DNA from: Parasitella parasitica NRRL 2501
Taxonomy: Eukaryota; Fungi; Mucoromycota
Direction of reading: 5' to 3'
Length of the DNA stretch: 64,000 nucleotides
Assembly: GCA_025201805.1 (NCBI GenBank)
Contig: MU619271.1
Location: 166,167-230,166 of the forward strand
In this document: positions 25,188 through 36,378 of the stretch, piece after piece
Layout of the letters: every line of letters begins with the position of its first letter
How positions within the stretch are numbered: the stretch's first letter is position 1
Position numbers and translations under genes: made by a program
Notes under the pieces: model-generated
Seen by the model: the letters and a program-made list of their open reading frames with translations, nothing else
What the model was told of the DNA's origin: nothing
Databases searched by the model: none

Positions 25188-26248
25188 TACTCAAATGCTC
25201 TGTATTATTATTACTTTACTGTTTAGAAGGAAAATCAAGAAGAAGAAAAAAAGAAAAGAAAAAAAAACCAAAGCCAAGTAAAGTGAATAAAAGGGAAACA
25301 GGGAAAAGGAAGAAGAAGGGTAAACAAAAAAATCTTTCCATTTTGTTTTAGGTTACTTTTAGATACCATGAATCAAAAACACACATACCCGATTGGCTTA
25401 CCTGCAGAGTCACCCCACAAGGATCTTGGTAATTTGAAAGGGGTGTATGTGTGTGTGTGGGGGGGGGGGTGAACATCATTCATGTTGCAATAAAGAAGTC
25501 ATTGCCAAAAAAAGACAAGCTGCAACAGATAGTTTATTATACAAAAGTCAGTAATAACAGAGGGGAGGAGATCCTGCAAGGATAGCAAAGATACAACATC
25601 CCTCCAGTCATTGTAACACACAACGAAATGACATGAATACTTGGTAATAAAACCACAGAGAGCACAAAAAAGGAACTTTGACTGGAACAATGCGCTTACA
25701 TCAAGAGCGATGACTACTGTATATGTGTAAAAGCCTTGACGCAAATCAAGAGGCCAAAAAAGACGCCACGAAACGGGAGGAAGTAACAAATGAGCAATTT
25801 TTTAATAGAGGGCGCATACGAAAAGTAAGTTCAAGTTGCTGATTGCAAGAAATATAGTAAATCTCCACAATATCATCGGTTTTGGGAATTAGAAAATCGA
25901 AATTTATAGCAATAGCAAGACGGATGTATCAAACTGATTGTCCACATAGAAATACACTTGAGCCACTGTCTTCTGAATAGTATAACGTGAGTACTTCATG
26001 TGAAAGTAATGCCATGAAAAAGGACGAACAAAAATACATTACTTGCCGTTGTGAAGGGATGTTAATTACCTGTAGATCTACGCTTATTCAACTATGATCG
26101 ATTCCATTACTTTAAGTAGTTATTACCAAGATGCTACTTGAAAAATGTATAGAAAAAGGGACATCTTGCAATAAATTCCTCAGAAGTCAGTACTTATCAG
26201 CAGCGCCTTTGAACAGCACTAAATCTCCAGAAGATTCCTTGTAAATTT

Positions 26249-26420
26249 TAGATATTTACTTATAACTTCTGCTAGAAGAACAGTAGATCCGCGATATAAC
26301 TTGGGAAGCTTAGCGTTGACTTGGTACTATCTGTCAAACATATTTGTATCCATGTTCTTTCTGATATCTATAAAGTTATCAGCTGACAACACAAATTTAC
26401 ATAGCAAAATAATCGCTGAC
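26249..26420 (+). repeat. Dispersed repeat A, copy 2
   Basis: Aligns to the reverse complement of 4761-4930 with scattered substitutions and small indels. Confidence 0.75.
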
Positions 26421-27251
26421 AGGCTCTAACTGGTAATAGATTATCAGCGAGCTCTAATAGTACTACTGCATCATCTTCATGTGATACTGAATGATCTGTA
26501 ATCTCGCACATATTTTTAATATAAAATGGCGAATAAATATTTTTTATGATATTATCCCATACTTTAAATATAATGCGTTGTAGATAGGATTGAGGTCAGC
26601 AATGATTTTACCGAGCCAACCAAATAGATGGATTAGGCATCTTAAAAAGGTTCAACAGTTATTGTTAATCATCGAGTTTGTGGGAAAAAATGTCTCTTCA
26701 TCAATTGCGACATTACAAAAATACATGAAAATACTTTAAAGTGAAAGAAATCTTTACCTTATTTTACTATGAAGTCTTGCTCGAACTTATAAAAAAAACA
26801 ATGTTTAACACAACTATATTATTTCAAGATGCTCAGTAAACCCTCCAGAGCTACAAAAACATATCAAAAGATACGAAAATCAAGTTTGCTTGGGTCCGAG
26901 ATCTTGTCATATTTGCTAAGATTATCGCTTAAAACCTGTCTATAGTATTATCATTATTAATTTATATATGCTTTGATGCTACTCAAGTTATTTCAGTTCC
27001 TCGAGTACTTTTTATTTACTCAAAAGAAAGGTGACGAGTATGCGACTTTGATATAGTAAAAGCCTTCGAATCGCTCGATGTGAAGCTGTTTTATTAATTC
27101 TAAATTCCATAGGTTTGACTGTATCCTTCGGTAAAAATTTCCCATGCATTGCTCAATGTTCATACACACAGTGCAGTGATTCAAATGACATCATAAACAT
27201 TACTCTTTTGGTTTGGAAAAAACCCAAAGGATTGTTGATGGAAACAAAGTA

Positions 27252-29063
27252 CAGTGCGGCCGGGAAATATTGTCCGTTTTACAAAAATAAATGGCGATTA
27301 CAAAAAAATATTTGTCGTTTACCAGAAAATAAATGGCGCTAACTAGAAAATGATCGGCCGTTTCTCAATTTTTATTGGCCATTTCTCAGATTTACTATGG
27401 CCGTTTTACGAATTCACTTTGTCGGTTTACTAGACTGTTCTGTTCGCTATGTTGTAGAAGCATGGACGTAAGCCAACTAACTCTTAGAATTCTGTTTTAT
27501 TCAGGCAATTGATGATTTGGCGCTTCGAGTGTCTACAAAATCCACGGAGATCACTTACGCGTACATCGTTGCATGCATCAGCAATTCTTTGTGATAAGTT
27601 CTCTTCGCTTAGCAGCCTATGGCGCTTCATCTTTCCTTTTACAATGGCCCAAAACTGCTCAATTGGGTTCAGTTCTGGAGAATAAGGAGGTAGATACATC
27701 ACTCGATATCCTCTGCTCTCAATCTTTCTCATCATTGGATGCGACTTATGAATAGTACAATTATCCATAACAAGGTAACTGCCCTTCAGATTTGCATCCA
27801 TGTCCATAATATCGAGAAGCTCATTCATGAATTTCACAAAGTGAGCTGTGGTTGTACCTTTGGAAGGCGGCTTGGTTTCTTCTTTCTCAACTTCCACATA
27901 CTCTATGGTGGGCTCCTCAATGACAATCCCTCCTGTCTGCTCTTTGCCCCTCGCAAGCTTTCTTTTCTTTGACTTCTCTGCTTGAATTGTTTGAGGCTTC
28001 TGTCCTCTTGGCTTTCTTGGTGGAGGCTTTTTCATGACAACGTGAAGAACACTAGAAGAATGAATGGCGCCAATGATAGTATGTGAGGGGGAGCGAGTCT
28101 TTGCAATATCAACAATGGCAGGTGTTCCTACTGCTGATCTAGCCCAATTGTTCCTCATGTTGATATTGAATCCAGCCTCATCAATGAAGACGCAGTTTGT
28201 GCCGTAATCAAGATCAGAATCCTTCCAATTCATGAACCATTCATATCGTTTTTGCAAGTTTTCGGGAGAGTTTCTCGCCTTGGGGTCGAAGGTTGGCTTC
28301 TTGATGGATATGAGCATATTGTTCCTCAGATGATCATTCATTTGAGACTTCGAGATTTTGAAGTCTTCAAACTTGGATGTCAACATATCAATGATATCGT
28401 CAGCACAAAGCTGCGAGTCTTTTTCAATAACATCCTGGATATACTTCTCATGTTCTCCAGTAAAGGAACTGGGTCTGCCTGCGTTTTTTTCAGATTTCTT
28501 GTAGGCTACCTCACCCGTCTCGTTATAGTGCTTCCACCAACGCATAGCGGTACGAGGGTTTATACCCAGCTCTTTCGCTGTTGCTGTTACCCTTCCTCTT
28601 TCCACAGGGCCTTCAAGCATTCTTTCAATAAATGTTTCTCTTGTGAGATCATTGTGCTGCTTGTAAGCGCGGTCCGAGACATATTTAGCAACTTTGAAAG
28701 GCTTTACAGAAACATCTTTCATAATGACTTCTTTGTCTTGTGGTTTAAGGGCCAAATATGCTTTCTGGCTGGTAATCGTTTCAAGCACTATGTTGGGATC
28801 ATTTATATTCGTCAATACATCTTCCATTGGATCAATAACCCGCTCTCCACGCTCATCATAGATGTTTTCTTGACCGTCTTCATAATAAAATGTATTTCTA
28901 CTCATATTGTTTAGTTACAAAAGTGAAGAAAAGACAGTTACATCATGGCAAACCGACAAAGTGAATTCGTAAAACGGCCATAGTAAATCTGAGAAATGGC
29001 CAATAAAAATTGAGAAACGGCCATTTATTTTTGTAAAACGGACAATATTTCCCGGCCGCACTG
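27252..29063 (-). mobile_element. Complete Tc1/mariner DNA transposon (1812 bp) with TA target-site duplication and long TIRs
   Basis: TA|CAGTGCGGCCGGGAAATATTG at 27250-27272 and its exact reverse complement ending at 29063 followed by TA; TIRs 27252-27428 and 28950-29063. Confidence 0.97.
27484..28905 (-). CDS. Intact DD34E Tc1-like transposase, 473 aa, intronless
   Basis: HTH (TAKELGINPRTAMRWWK..GRP), FIDEAGF, VMDN-x34-E (YLPPYSPELNPIEQFW); no stops or frameshifts. Confidence 0.96.
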   Translation of the reverse strand: MSRNTFYYEDGQENIYDERGERVIDPMEDVLTNINDPNIVLETITSQKAYLALKPQDKEVIMKDVSVKPFKVAKYVSDRAYKQHNDLTRETFIERMLEGPVERGRVTATAKELGINPRTAMRWWKHYNETGEVAYKKSEKNAGRPSSFTGEHEKYIQDVIEKDSQLCADDIIDMLTSKFEDFKISKSQMNDHLRNNMLISIKKPTFDPKARNSPENLQKRYEWFMNWKDSDLDYGTNCVFIDEAGFNINMRNNWARSAVGTPAIVDIAKTRSPSHTIIGAIHSSSVLHVVMKKPPPRKPRGQKPQTIQAEKSKKRKLARGKEQTGGIVIEEPTIEYVEVEKEETKPPSKGTTTAHFVKFMNELLDIMDMDANLKGSYLVMDNCTIHKSHPMMRKIESRGYRVMYLPPYSPELNPIEQFWAIVKGKMKRHRLLSEENLSQRIADACNDVRVSDLRGFCRHSKRQIINCLNKTEF

Positions 29064-29395
29064 TACATTGCAATGAAACACGACCAATTTCAGAAATATG
29101 CCTAATCAAGCGTCCGAAGGAGCAAGAGGTTTCATGTGTCAAAAACTTCTTGAACACTCTTCTTGGGCGCTCTCTAGGCATTATTGCTACTAATTCAGAA
29201 GTATTTGCTCATTTTTGAATGTCTATTGATTGAGCACTCGATTAAAGTATGGTCTTTGCTGCTCCACGGAAAACAGGCTATGCCCTCTCTTCATCGATCG
29301 CTCGGGTGATACAGCTAGCTGAGCCCCAAGTGATTAGTATTCTGTGACGTATTTAAGACGTCTATGTTTGCGAAACAAAATCTCTCTTCTTTCTA

Positions 29396-29853
29396 ATGGG
29401 ATCTTTTTCATCTAAACAATTAACTGAAGAAGAGATGGCTAACGTAAAAGAAGTTGTTGATAAGATTATCAAGGATAATAAAGTTGCAGTTTTCTCCAAG
29501 TCTTACTGTCGTAAGTGTAGAATGAAAAGAATAACGTGGTGTTTGGGTATCTGACCTGATTTTCTGTACAGCGTTCTGTAAAAAAGCAAAGGACCTTTTA
29601 AAGAAACTTGGTATCGACTTCTATTCCATTGAGCTTGACTTGGAGTGTAAGTAATTTGTAGTCATTTTATAGATTAGTAAACTGACGGCTTTGATACATA
29701 GCTAATGGAGCTGCTATCCAAGACTATTTACTGGAGAAGACTGGACAAAGAACTGTCCCCAACATCTTTGTCAACGAAGAACACATTGGCGGTTGCGATA
29801 AGTTATTCGAAGCTAATGAATCAGGCAAACTTCAACAGATCATTAGGGCTTGA
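29396..29853 (+). CDS. Dithiol glutaredoxin (CPFC); exons 29396-29510, 29572-29646, 29702-29853; missed by the ORF track
   Basis: Spliced product MGSFSSKQL..VAVFSKSYCPFCKKAK..ELD..IQDYL..TGQRTVPNIFV..HIGGCD..SGKL; both introns GT-AG and in phase. Confidence 0.95.
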
Positions 29854-30043
29854 AGCAACTGCATAGTTTACTTGATAATAAACATATATTTCGTGTGCTT
29901 TATGCGTAGTAGTCGTGCAGCCTTTTTTTTTTTGCATGTAAATGAAATTAACCGTTTGGTCTGTTTATTTGTCTGCATAAACAACCTGGAATTTTTGGTT
30001 TTTTTTTTACCCTTTTCTTTTTCTTTGTCTCAGAAAAATTAGC

Positions 30044-33000
30044 ATGACAGAACAAGTGCCGTCTCTTGTCTCGTCTCCAACCAACATACTCACTATCCAA
30101 GATGTTGTGCTGGATTCTCCTGTCTGGAGAGCCAACGTATTACATCTGGAAGAGCAAATAGAGCAGTTTGAAAAGTGGATAGATGGATTTACTCGTGCTC
30201 TAAAAAACTACATCGAAGCTATCAACAGTAAGTTGTGATAGAAAAGACACTGGTTGGCATGTAACCAAGCCTAAAAATGATGCGGTAGAACACAACACAC
30301 AGGCGAGTACACTTTGTAAACGAACGTTTTTCAATGGCCTCGATGGTACGTTGATAGGTGGGTATCTCATCCACATGCATTGACGAGCATTTTGTCTAAT
30401 ACATGACCTTATCTCCTTGTGCTAGATAACAAGATGGCAGGTAATGTGGTTGAAAAGTTTGCTACCACGTTGCAATCAACAATCGCAAACAGAATGAAAA
30501 TGGTACGTAAAAATGTGCACACACCACATAAACAAAGAAAGAAAAAAATCTTCTAACAATGCGCATACGCATCAAAAGGCTTCGGATCTAGAAGATCTAT
30601 TGCTCAATCCGTTGCAGAAAATGGCGAAAATCGACCTTAAATCGTACAAAGACAGCCGAAAGCAGTTTGAAAAGACACTCGACAAATACGAAACGCAGTT
30701 GAACAGATACAATGTGCTCAGCAAACAAAAAGAGGCAAGTGCTCTGCGAGAAGACGCTTTCCAAATGTATGAATTACGAAAACAGTACATCAGACACAGC
30801 AGCGATCATTTTACCAAGTTAGTGTCATTCAAAGCCAATTTGGAAATATTGTTGATAGAGTGCTTTTCAGGAGCTCTGAGTTCTCAGATTGAAGAGATTG
30901 ACGAATCAGCCTACAGTTGTTCATCGGCTCGATCAAAATTAGTTGGATGGAAGCAATGGCTGGACGAGAGTAAAATGACGAGCGAATATCAAATGAACAA
31001 AGTCAAAAAACGATGTACAGAGCTGCAAGAGCTATACATTACTCAAATCAAACCTCATCGATCGCTGAAATGCTATTCCACAACTGGGAGTGATTCATCG
31101 CAGGCAGTCTCATCCAATGCCATGGAAAACGCCCAAGAAGAAACAATCCCAGCTACAGTAGCACGAGAACTGAATCCAAGCTCAATTGGCGTTGTAGCGA
31201 AACCGTCCAAAGGCAAGCAAGGGTACCTCAATAGCCGTATCATGGTTGGGAAGGGCCGCCCCCCTTGGGTACGAAGATGGTTTTTTCTACAAGAGGGGTG
31301 GTTTGGTACTTGCACCGTGTCCACGGTCAACAAGGAAAAGGGATGTATAGTCCTAGGAGACCGTATTCGCATTTCAGAATGTATATACCGCATTTGCACG
31401 GATATGGATAGGCGGTATTGTTTCGAGCTGACACATCCTAGGTACAACTTTTTCCTGCAAGCCGAGACTGAAGAAGAGATGCAACAGTGGCTACGGTCCA
31501 TAGAATACAACATGCAAGAACATGAAACAAACTCCCTGCCAACATCACCACAACTTGTGCTCAGTCCAAAGGCTCTCGTAACAGATCGATTTCGTTCAGC
31601 AGTAGCTGAAGATTCCCCCCGTCTAGTTGCGATATCAACGTCTCCGTTGGCTAGTCCCGATGGATCTCAACAAAAGAGTTTGACTCCCATATTGTCGACA
31701 ACGACATCTTCGCTCACAACATTGATGATCCGCGAGGGATCCAATCTGAGCGGCCCTTCTGACTCCTATGTGACAGATCCACGGAATCATGACTCCATGT
31801 CTATCAGCAAAAGTACTGGTAGCAGTAGTAGCGGTAACGCTGGCCAATTTACATCGTGGAACATGCCTTGGCTTACTACAGGCATCAATGCGTTTTCAAA
31901 CTCAGAGGAAGATTTACAGCAAGCTTTGGCAGATGGCAATGACCCAACACAGATCGTTGTGTGGCCCAACAAGCTGGAAATGGATGTACCCCAGCCTCAA
32001 ATATCGCATTATTCGCAAAAATTGGAAACAGCACAAAGAGAGCTTCGTAAACTATTCTACAATGTCCCCAAGGATGAAATCGTTGTTGAAAGTAGGTATA
32101 AACTCATGCGCTTTCAAGCTGCAATACTTACTTGTATACATTGTCCAGCTTTCGCAGCCTCGCTGTATCGCTCAGCAGATGACCAATGCGATGGTATGAA
32201 TAAGTCAGTTTCTTATGGATACAGCGGTTCGGCCTACATAACCCAAAAGAACTTTTGGTTTTACAGCTGTACATTGATGACTTGCGTGAATATGGTAAAA
32301 AGCATAGTCCTCCTCTTTTATATTTATATGTATACATATGATGTGCAGATTATTTACTTTGAGCTTAGATTGTTATACCCTTACAAAGAATCAGCTCGAT
32401 CAGCGTTGAAAACACAGCACATTCTAGTGGAATGCTGATGCTGATAGAAGCCAATGTAATCAAGCAAAAACAAACAATCCGCTTTGGGCTGTGGTTAGAA
32501 AACGCCGAGGTAATTAGTGAAAAACTAAAGCATGCTGTGAGCAATGCGACGTCGCTTGATGAGAACAATCAGCAGCTCTACGACACAATCCGCAGTATAA
32601 CAAGCACCAAACTGCACAAGAACAGTACACCAGCAAGTCATGTCACAACATCCAGCGCACTGTATGCATCTGTAACTCCGTTAACAGTGCAGGCACAGCC
32701 TGTCATGATGCATCCCAACGCTTCATCAACAACCAATGATACTACCGAGGACGCTGTAAACGATATCAGCTGTAGCAACCAGGACAACGCTACGTTACAG
32801 CAACACAAGTCGTCGGATGAAGAGACGTCTCAGGCAACGCTGCCTTCTGCTCACCATCGCGGCTCCCCTGCCCAAGGTGCGCTGGCAGCTGTGGCAGCCA
32901 GAAATCAAAAGAATCAGCCGACACACAAATCAAGCACGCCCACCAGAGCATCTACTCCTCAAACACAGTCCAATGAAGATTGGCCTTCACATCTGCAAAA

Positions 33001-34123
33001 GCCAAGTGGAAAAGTAAATTGCAACTGCACAGATCATTTGGACAAAGTAGAAGCTGATCTCGTACTTCCTGTCAATTCCAAGCAATTGTTTGACTATATG
33101 TTCAAGGAAGGCAATGTGTGGGCAAAACTCAACGAAGCCAAAAACTATGGACCGCCTAGTGTTTCTGAATGGCAAGACAATAAGCGTACGTTGCAATACT
33201 CTATGCCTGTTTCTAATCCGATGGTCAAAGCTAAAGAAACAGATGTCTATGAAACACAAGAAATCGTACAGCAAAAAGACTACACTTGTTATGTTGTCAT
33301 GGTTACCACCAAAACTCCAAATTTACCCTACGCAGATGCCTTTGTCCCAACGATTAAATACTGTATCACCTTTGAAACGCCAACAAGTTGTCGCTTGGTG
33401 TGTTCTCTTGGAGTCCAATGGCTGAAGAGCATATTTGTCAAAACCATGGTGAATCGTGCAGCAACAAAAGGCATGCAGGAAACTGTATCCGGGATTATAC
33501 CGATTCTCAAGCACGAATTTGACAGCAGCAAACGACCCTCACAGCAGCCCCCGTTGCCACCTTCGTCATCACTGCCAGCAACAGCGATGCCACCACCACT
33601 GCCAGCAAATCGATTGAAACCACCACCGTCCATTGGTGCTCATGATCAAAAGGATCGAGTGCATTTTATCAGCATGACATCGTTTGTACTGGCCATTGTT
33701 TGTATTTTGTTTACTAGCTATCAGTTCTGGATTCAAAGACGATATCAGCATCTTCTTGACAATAGTAACCAAATGAAAGTCGTGTGGAGAGGAGTCTATC
33801 TGAAGGATATGCAAAAAGAAGCTGAAAAACAGGTGATATTGAGCCAAGTGAATGAAACAATTTTCGACCATTTTCAAGCAACAAGGCAGGGAATTACCCA
33901 GTACAATTACCATTGGACCAGCAGGCAACACCGGCTTATGGCAGCTGAATTGGGCTATTCTAGAGAAAGACTGGGTGCAATACGTTATGAATTGCTGTCG
34001 ACATTTCGCATGCTCAATAGGGTGGAATACCAATTATTGGAGACCGAGTATTGGAACTGGATATCTGATAAACAATTGGATTGCACAGAGGATTGTGAAG
34101 CTCTTTTAAAGGAGATTTCGTGA
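30044..34123 (+). CDS. SIP3: Sip3/Ysp1 (LAM) family sterol-transfer protein: BAR-PH-(GRAM-like)-VASt/StART-like-TM, multi-exon
   Basis: LDSPVWRANVLHLEEQIEQFEKW (BAR), SALREDAFQMYELRKQY, KQGYL..WVRRWFFL..DRRYCFEL..LQAETEEEMQQW (PH), KTPNLPYADAF (VASt), C-terminal TM helix and ELLSTFRMLNRVE...EYWNW. Confidence 0.88.
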
Positions 34124-34218
34124 CGCGGTGGAGGGGCCATAACGCTTCCATATTAATCAGTTGCTACATGACAATAAAAAAAAAAAAAAGTTTTTTCTTT
34201 TCATACAATACCCTAACC

Positions 34219-35647
34219 ATGGCAACAGCAAAGTCTCGACCTGCTGGCTTCTCCTTTCAAGAACCTTTTTCTTTGATAGAAAACCTTGAAAGCTCAGTAA
34301 AGAGTTTAAACAACGTGAATCAAACAGTGAGTTTTTTTTTTCATCATTGATGAGTTGATTTCTAATGCAAAAAAAAAAAAAAAAATCACACACACACACT
34401 CACAGTTGAAATCAACGATTGAGTCTTTGAATCAAGAAACGAGAGAATTTGGGCGTCAAAGCCAATTGACAACATACAACCGAGTAGGAGGAAGATTTTT
34501 TTTTTTTGTTGTTTTTTGCAGCAATATTCATGCCTTTTTTTTTTTCTGCCACTATTTTAGCATTATGAAATTGTCACTGAAAGCGATATCAGACATGCAC
34601 AACACGAATTTTCCAAAGAGCTAAGGCCGGAATTGGACTTCTTGTTAGAAGAGGCAGAGTTATTACTAAACGCGCTTGCATCAGAAGAAAAGAGATTGAC
34701 GATCAACTTGGAGAAACAAGAGAAAAGTATACGAGATTCTCAGCTAGCAGCCAACAAAACTCGCAAAAAGACGACATCTCGGCAGGCTGAAAAGAAAGTA
34801 AAGGAGCCCTTTCCACATCGCTCCATTCAAAAGTTAAAGCAATTGCAAGATCGGCAAAATAGATTGATTCATCTGCATGAACTGGAAGACGAAAGTTTGG
34901 CTCAGGAGACAAAGGAATTGGTAGACTTGCAGAATATTAATTTAGCAACAGAGAAGCAGATGGAAACAGCAGACCTTGCCTCAGTTCAAAATGCCTTGGA
35001 TGGAGAGAAAAACGAAAACGAATTGAAGCAAGAGATTGAAAATTTGGAAAAGTTGACATTGATAAAAAAGCAGTTTTTGGATCAACATGAGAACCAACAT
35101 GTCCAGCAAACAAAGCCCGTTGAGGCCATACATGAGGAAGAGGCGCACCAACTCTCGCCCGCTGAATCCATATCGCTGTACACAAGCCATCTAGGGCTGA
35201 TACAAAATGTACTCGATGAAATAAACCAACCTAATTTCGTTGCCTCTGTAACTGCAGTGGCTAACTGTGAGACGCAATCCAAGCGATACTATCAAGCATT
35301 ACAGAATGAAATTGCGACACAACCCTACACCCAGAGAAATCAATCTAAATGGATCAGCCTTCTTGGACGTCTGTGTCAAGTTGTGATGCAAGATGGGATG
35401 ATCGGTAAAACAGCAGGCAGAGTGCTGGAGCTTTTGCTGTCGAGCGCAGATACACGGATACCCATTAGCACTCTGCAGGAGGTAAATAATGTCGTGTGTT
35501 TAACGGTGCCAGCTTATAACGTCATTCTCTTGTTAGGAATTCCCATCCACTAGTGAGAATAGACATAATCTAGCAAAGACCACCCTCTGTCTTTTAGCTG
35601 CCAATATCATTGAAATCAATGAAACTGATGTTATTTTATTAAATTAA
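34219..35647 (+). CDS. SPC19: DASH/Dam1 complex subunit Spc19-like protein with a long C-terminal extension (about 405 aa); exons 34219-34326, 34406-34483, 34561-35481, 35537-35647
   Basis: Spliced N-terminus LESSVKSLNNVNQTLKSTIESLNQETREFGRQSQL..NRHYEIVTESDIRHAQHEFSKELRPELDFLLEEAE matches the Spc19 pattern (L...V.SL....L..SI..L...T.DF.R.....RH.EL..E.D...AQ.....EI.P....LL); all introns GT-AG, phase 0. Confidence 0.72.
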
Positions 35648-36378
35648 ACGTCCTGTTCCGTTTCATAAGCAACTATCTCTTGCAATTGTTCCAGCAAATT
35701 CGAATGATTCTTGAATGCATGATGTATCTCTGATAACCACATTTCATCAGACAAATTAGAATTACCAAGCGCATTCAAGAATGATGAGTAATCTTGCTCG
35801 TTTTGCAACGTTGTTTTGCAGTTTATGTGGAATTGAGGGTAGTTTTCCTCGGACAATCTGTCTAATTTCTGCCTAATAAGAGTCAAATCTACACTAGAAA
35901 ATGCTGGTTCATCGTCATCTGTCTCTTGAGAATATTCTGGAATGAAGCCGACTAAATCTTTGAATTGCTCTAGTATCGAAGGCGCATTTTGCAGTGCTCT
36001 GGAGATCCGCTTCAACCAGTCTGAATCAGACATATCCCTTCTTTCGCAGTATAGAGTATTTTCAAATCTAGACCATTTTGTATCCAAATGGTTCGCCATT
36101 TTCGAGAAAAATGGCTCATTAATGCGCACAAGGTCCCTCATTTCTGAACTGCGGTCAACAAGAGCAACAAGCATAGTGTCTGGCACCGATTGGGCATTTA
36201 TATCAATTATAGGCGAAGTCATGCAGGGTGAAAGTAGCTCTTGCTCCCTTTCCTTGTCTTGCTGATGTTCTGGTGGCAAATCAAATGAAACAGAACTCTT
36301 GCGACGTGTGGTAGAAATAATAGATGGTGTAAGTTGTTTGGTCATTGGATTAGATGGATAGACGACAACTGTGTTCAT
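35644..36378 (-). CDS. Hypothetical protein, 244 aa, intronless, with two internal helical repeats
   Basis: ATG-initiated 735-bp ORF; repeat 1 KWSRFENTL..MSDSDWLKRISRALQNAPSILEQFKDLVGF, repeat 2 DYSSFLNAL..LSDEMWLSEIHHAFKNHSNLLEQLQEIVAY. Confidence 0.8.
   Translation of the reverse strand: MNTVVVYPSNPMTKQLTPSIISTTRRKSSVSFDLPPEHQQDKEREQELLSPCMTSPIIDINAQSVPDTMLVALVDRSSEMRDLVRINEPFFSKMANHLDTKWSRFENTLYCERRDMSDSDWLKRISRALQNAPSILEQFKDLVGFIPEYSQETDDDEPAFSSVDLTLIRQKLDRLSEENYPQFHINCKTTLQNEQDYSSFLNALGNSNLSDEMWLSEIHHAFKNHSNLLEQLQEIVAYETEQDV

Noticed and set aside
27252-27428. Regularly spaced units as a CRISPR-like array
   Set aside because: No constant repeat with unique spacers; the units lie inside a transposon TIR in a eukaryote.
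28252-28914. 220-aa antisense ORF in the Tc1, and the many antisense or alternate-frame ORFs over real genes
   Set aside because: Shadow ORFs without motifs, explained by codon structure of the true strand.
27115-29218. A roughly 70-codon frame that reopens when the Tc1 is removed (possible disrupted gene)
   Set aside because: No recognisable domain, no clear start, and stops just upstream; cannot be supported.
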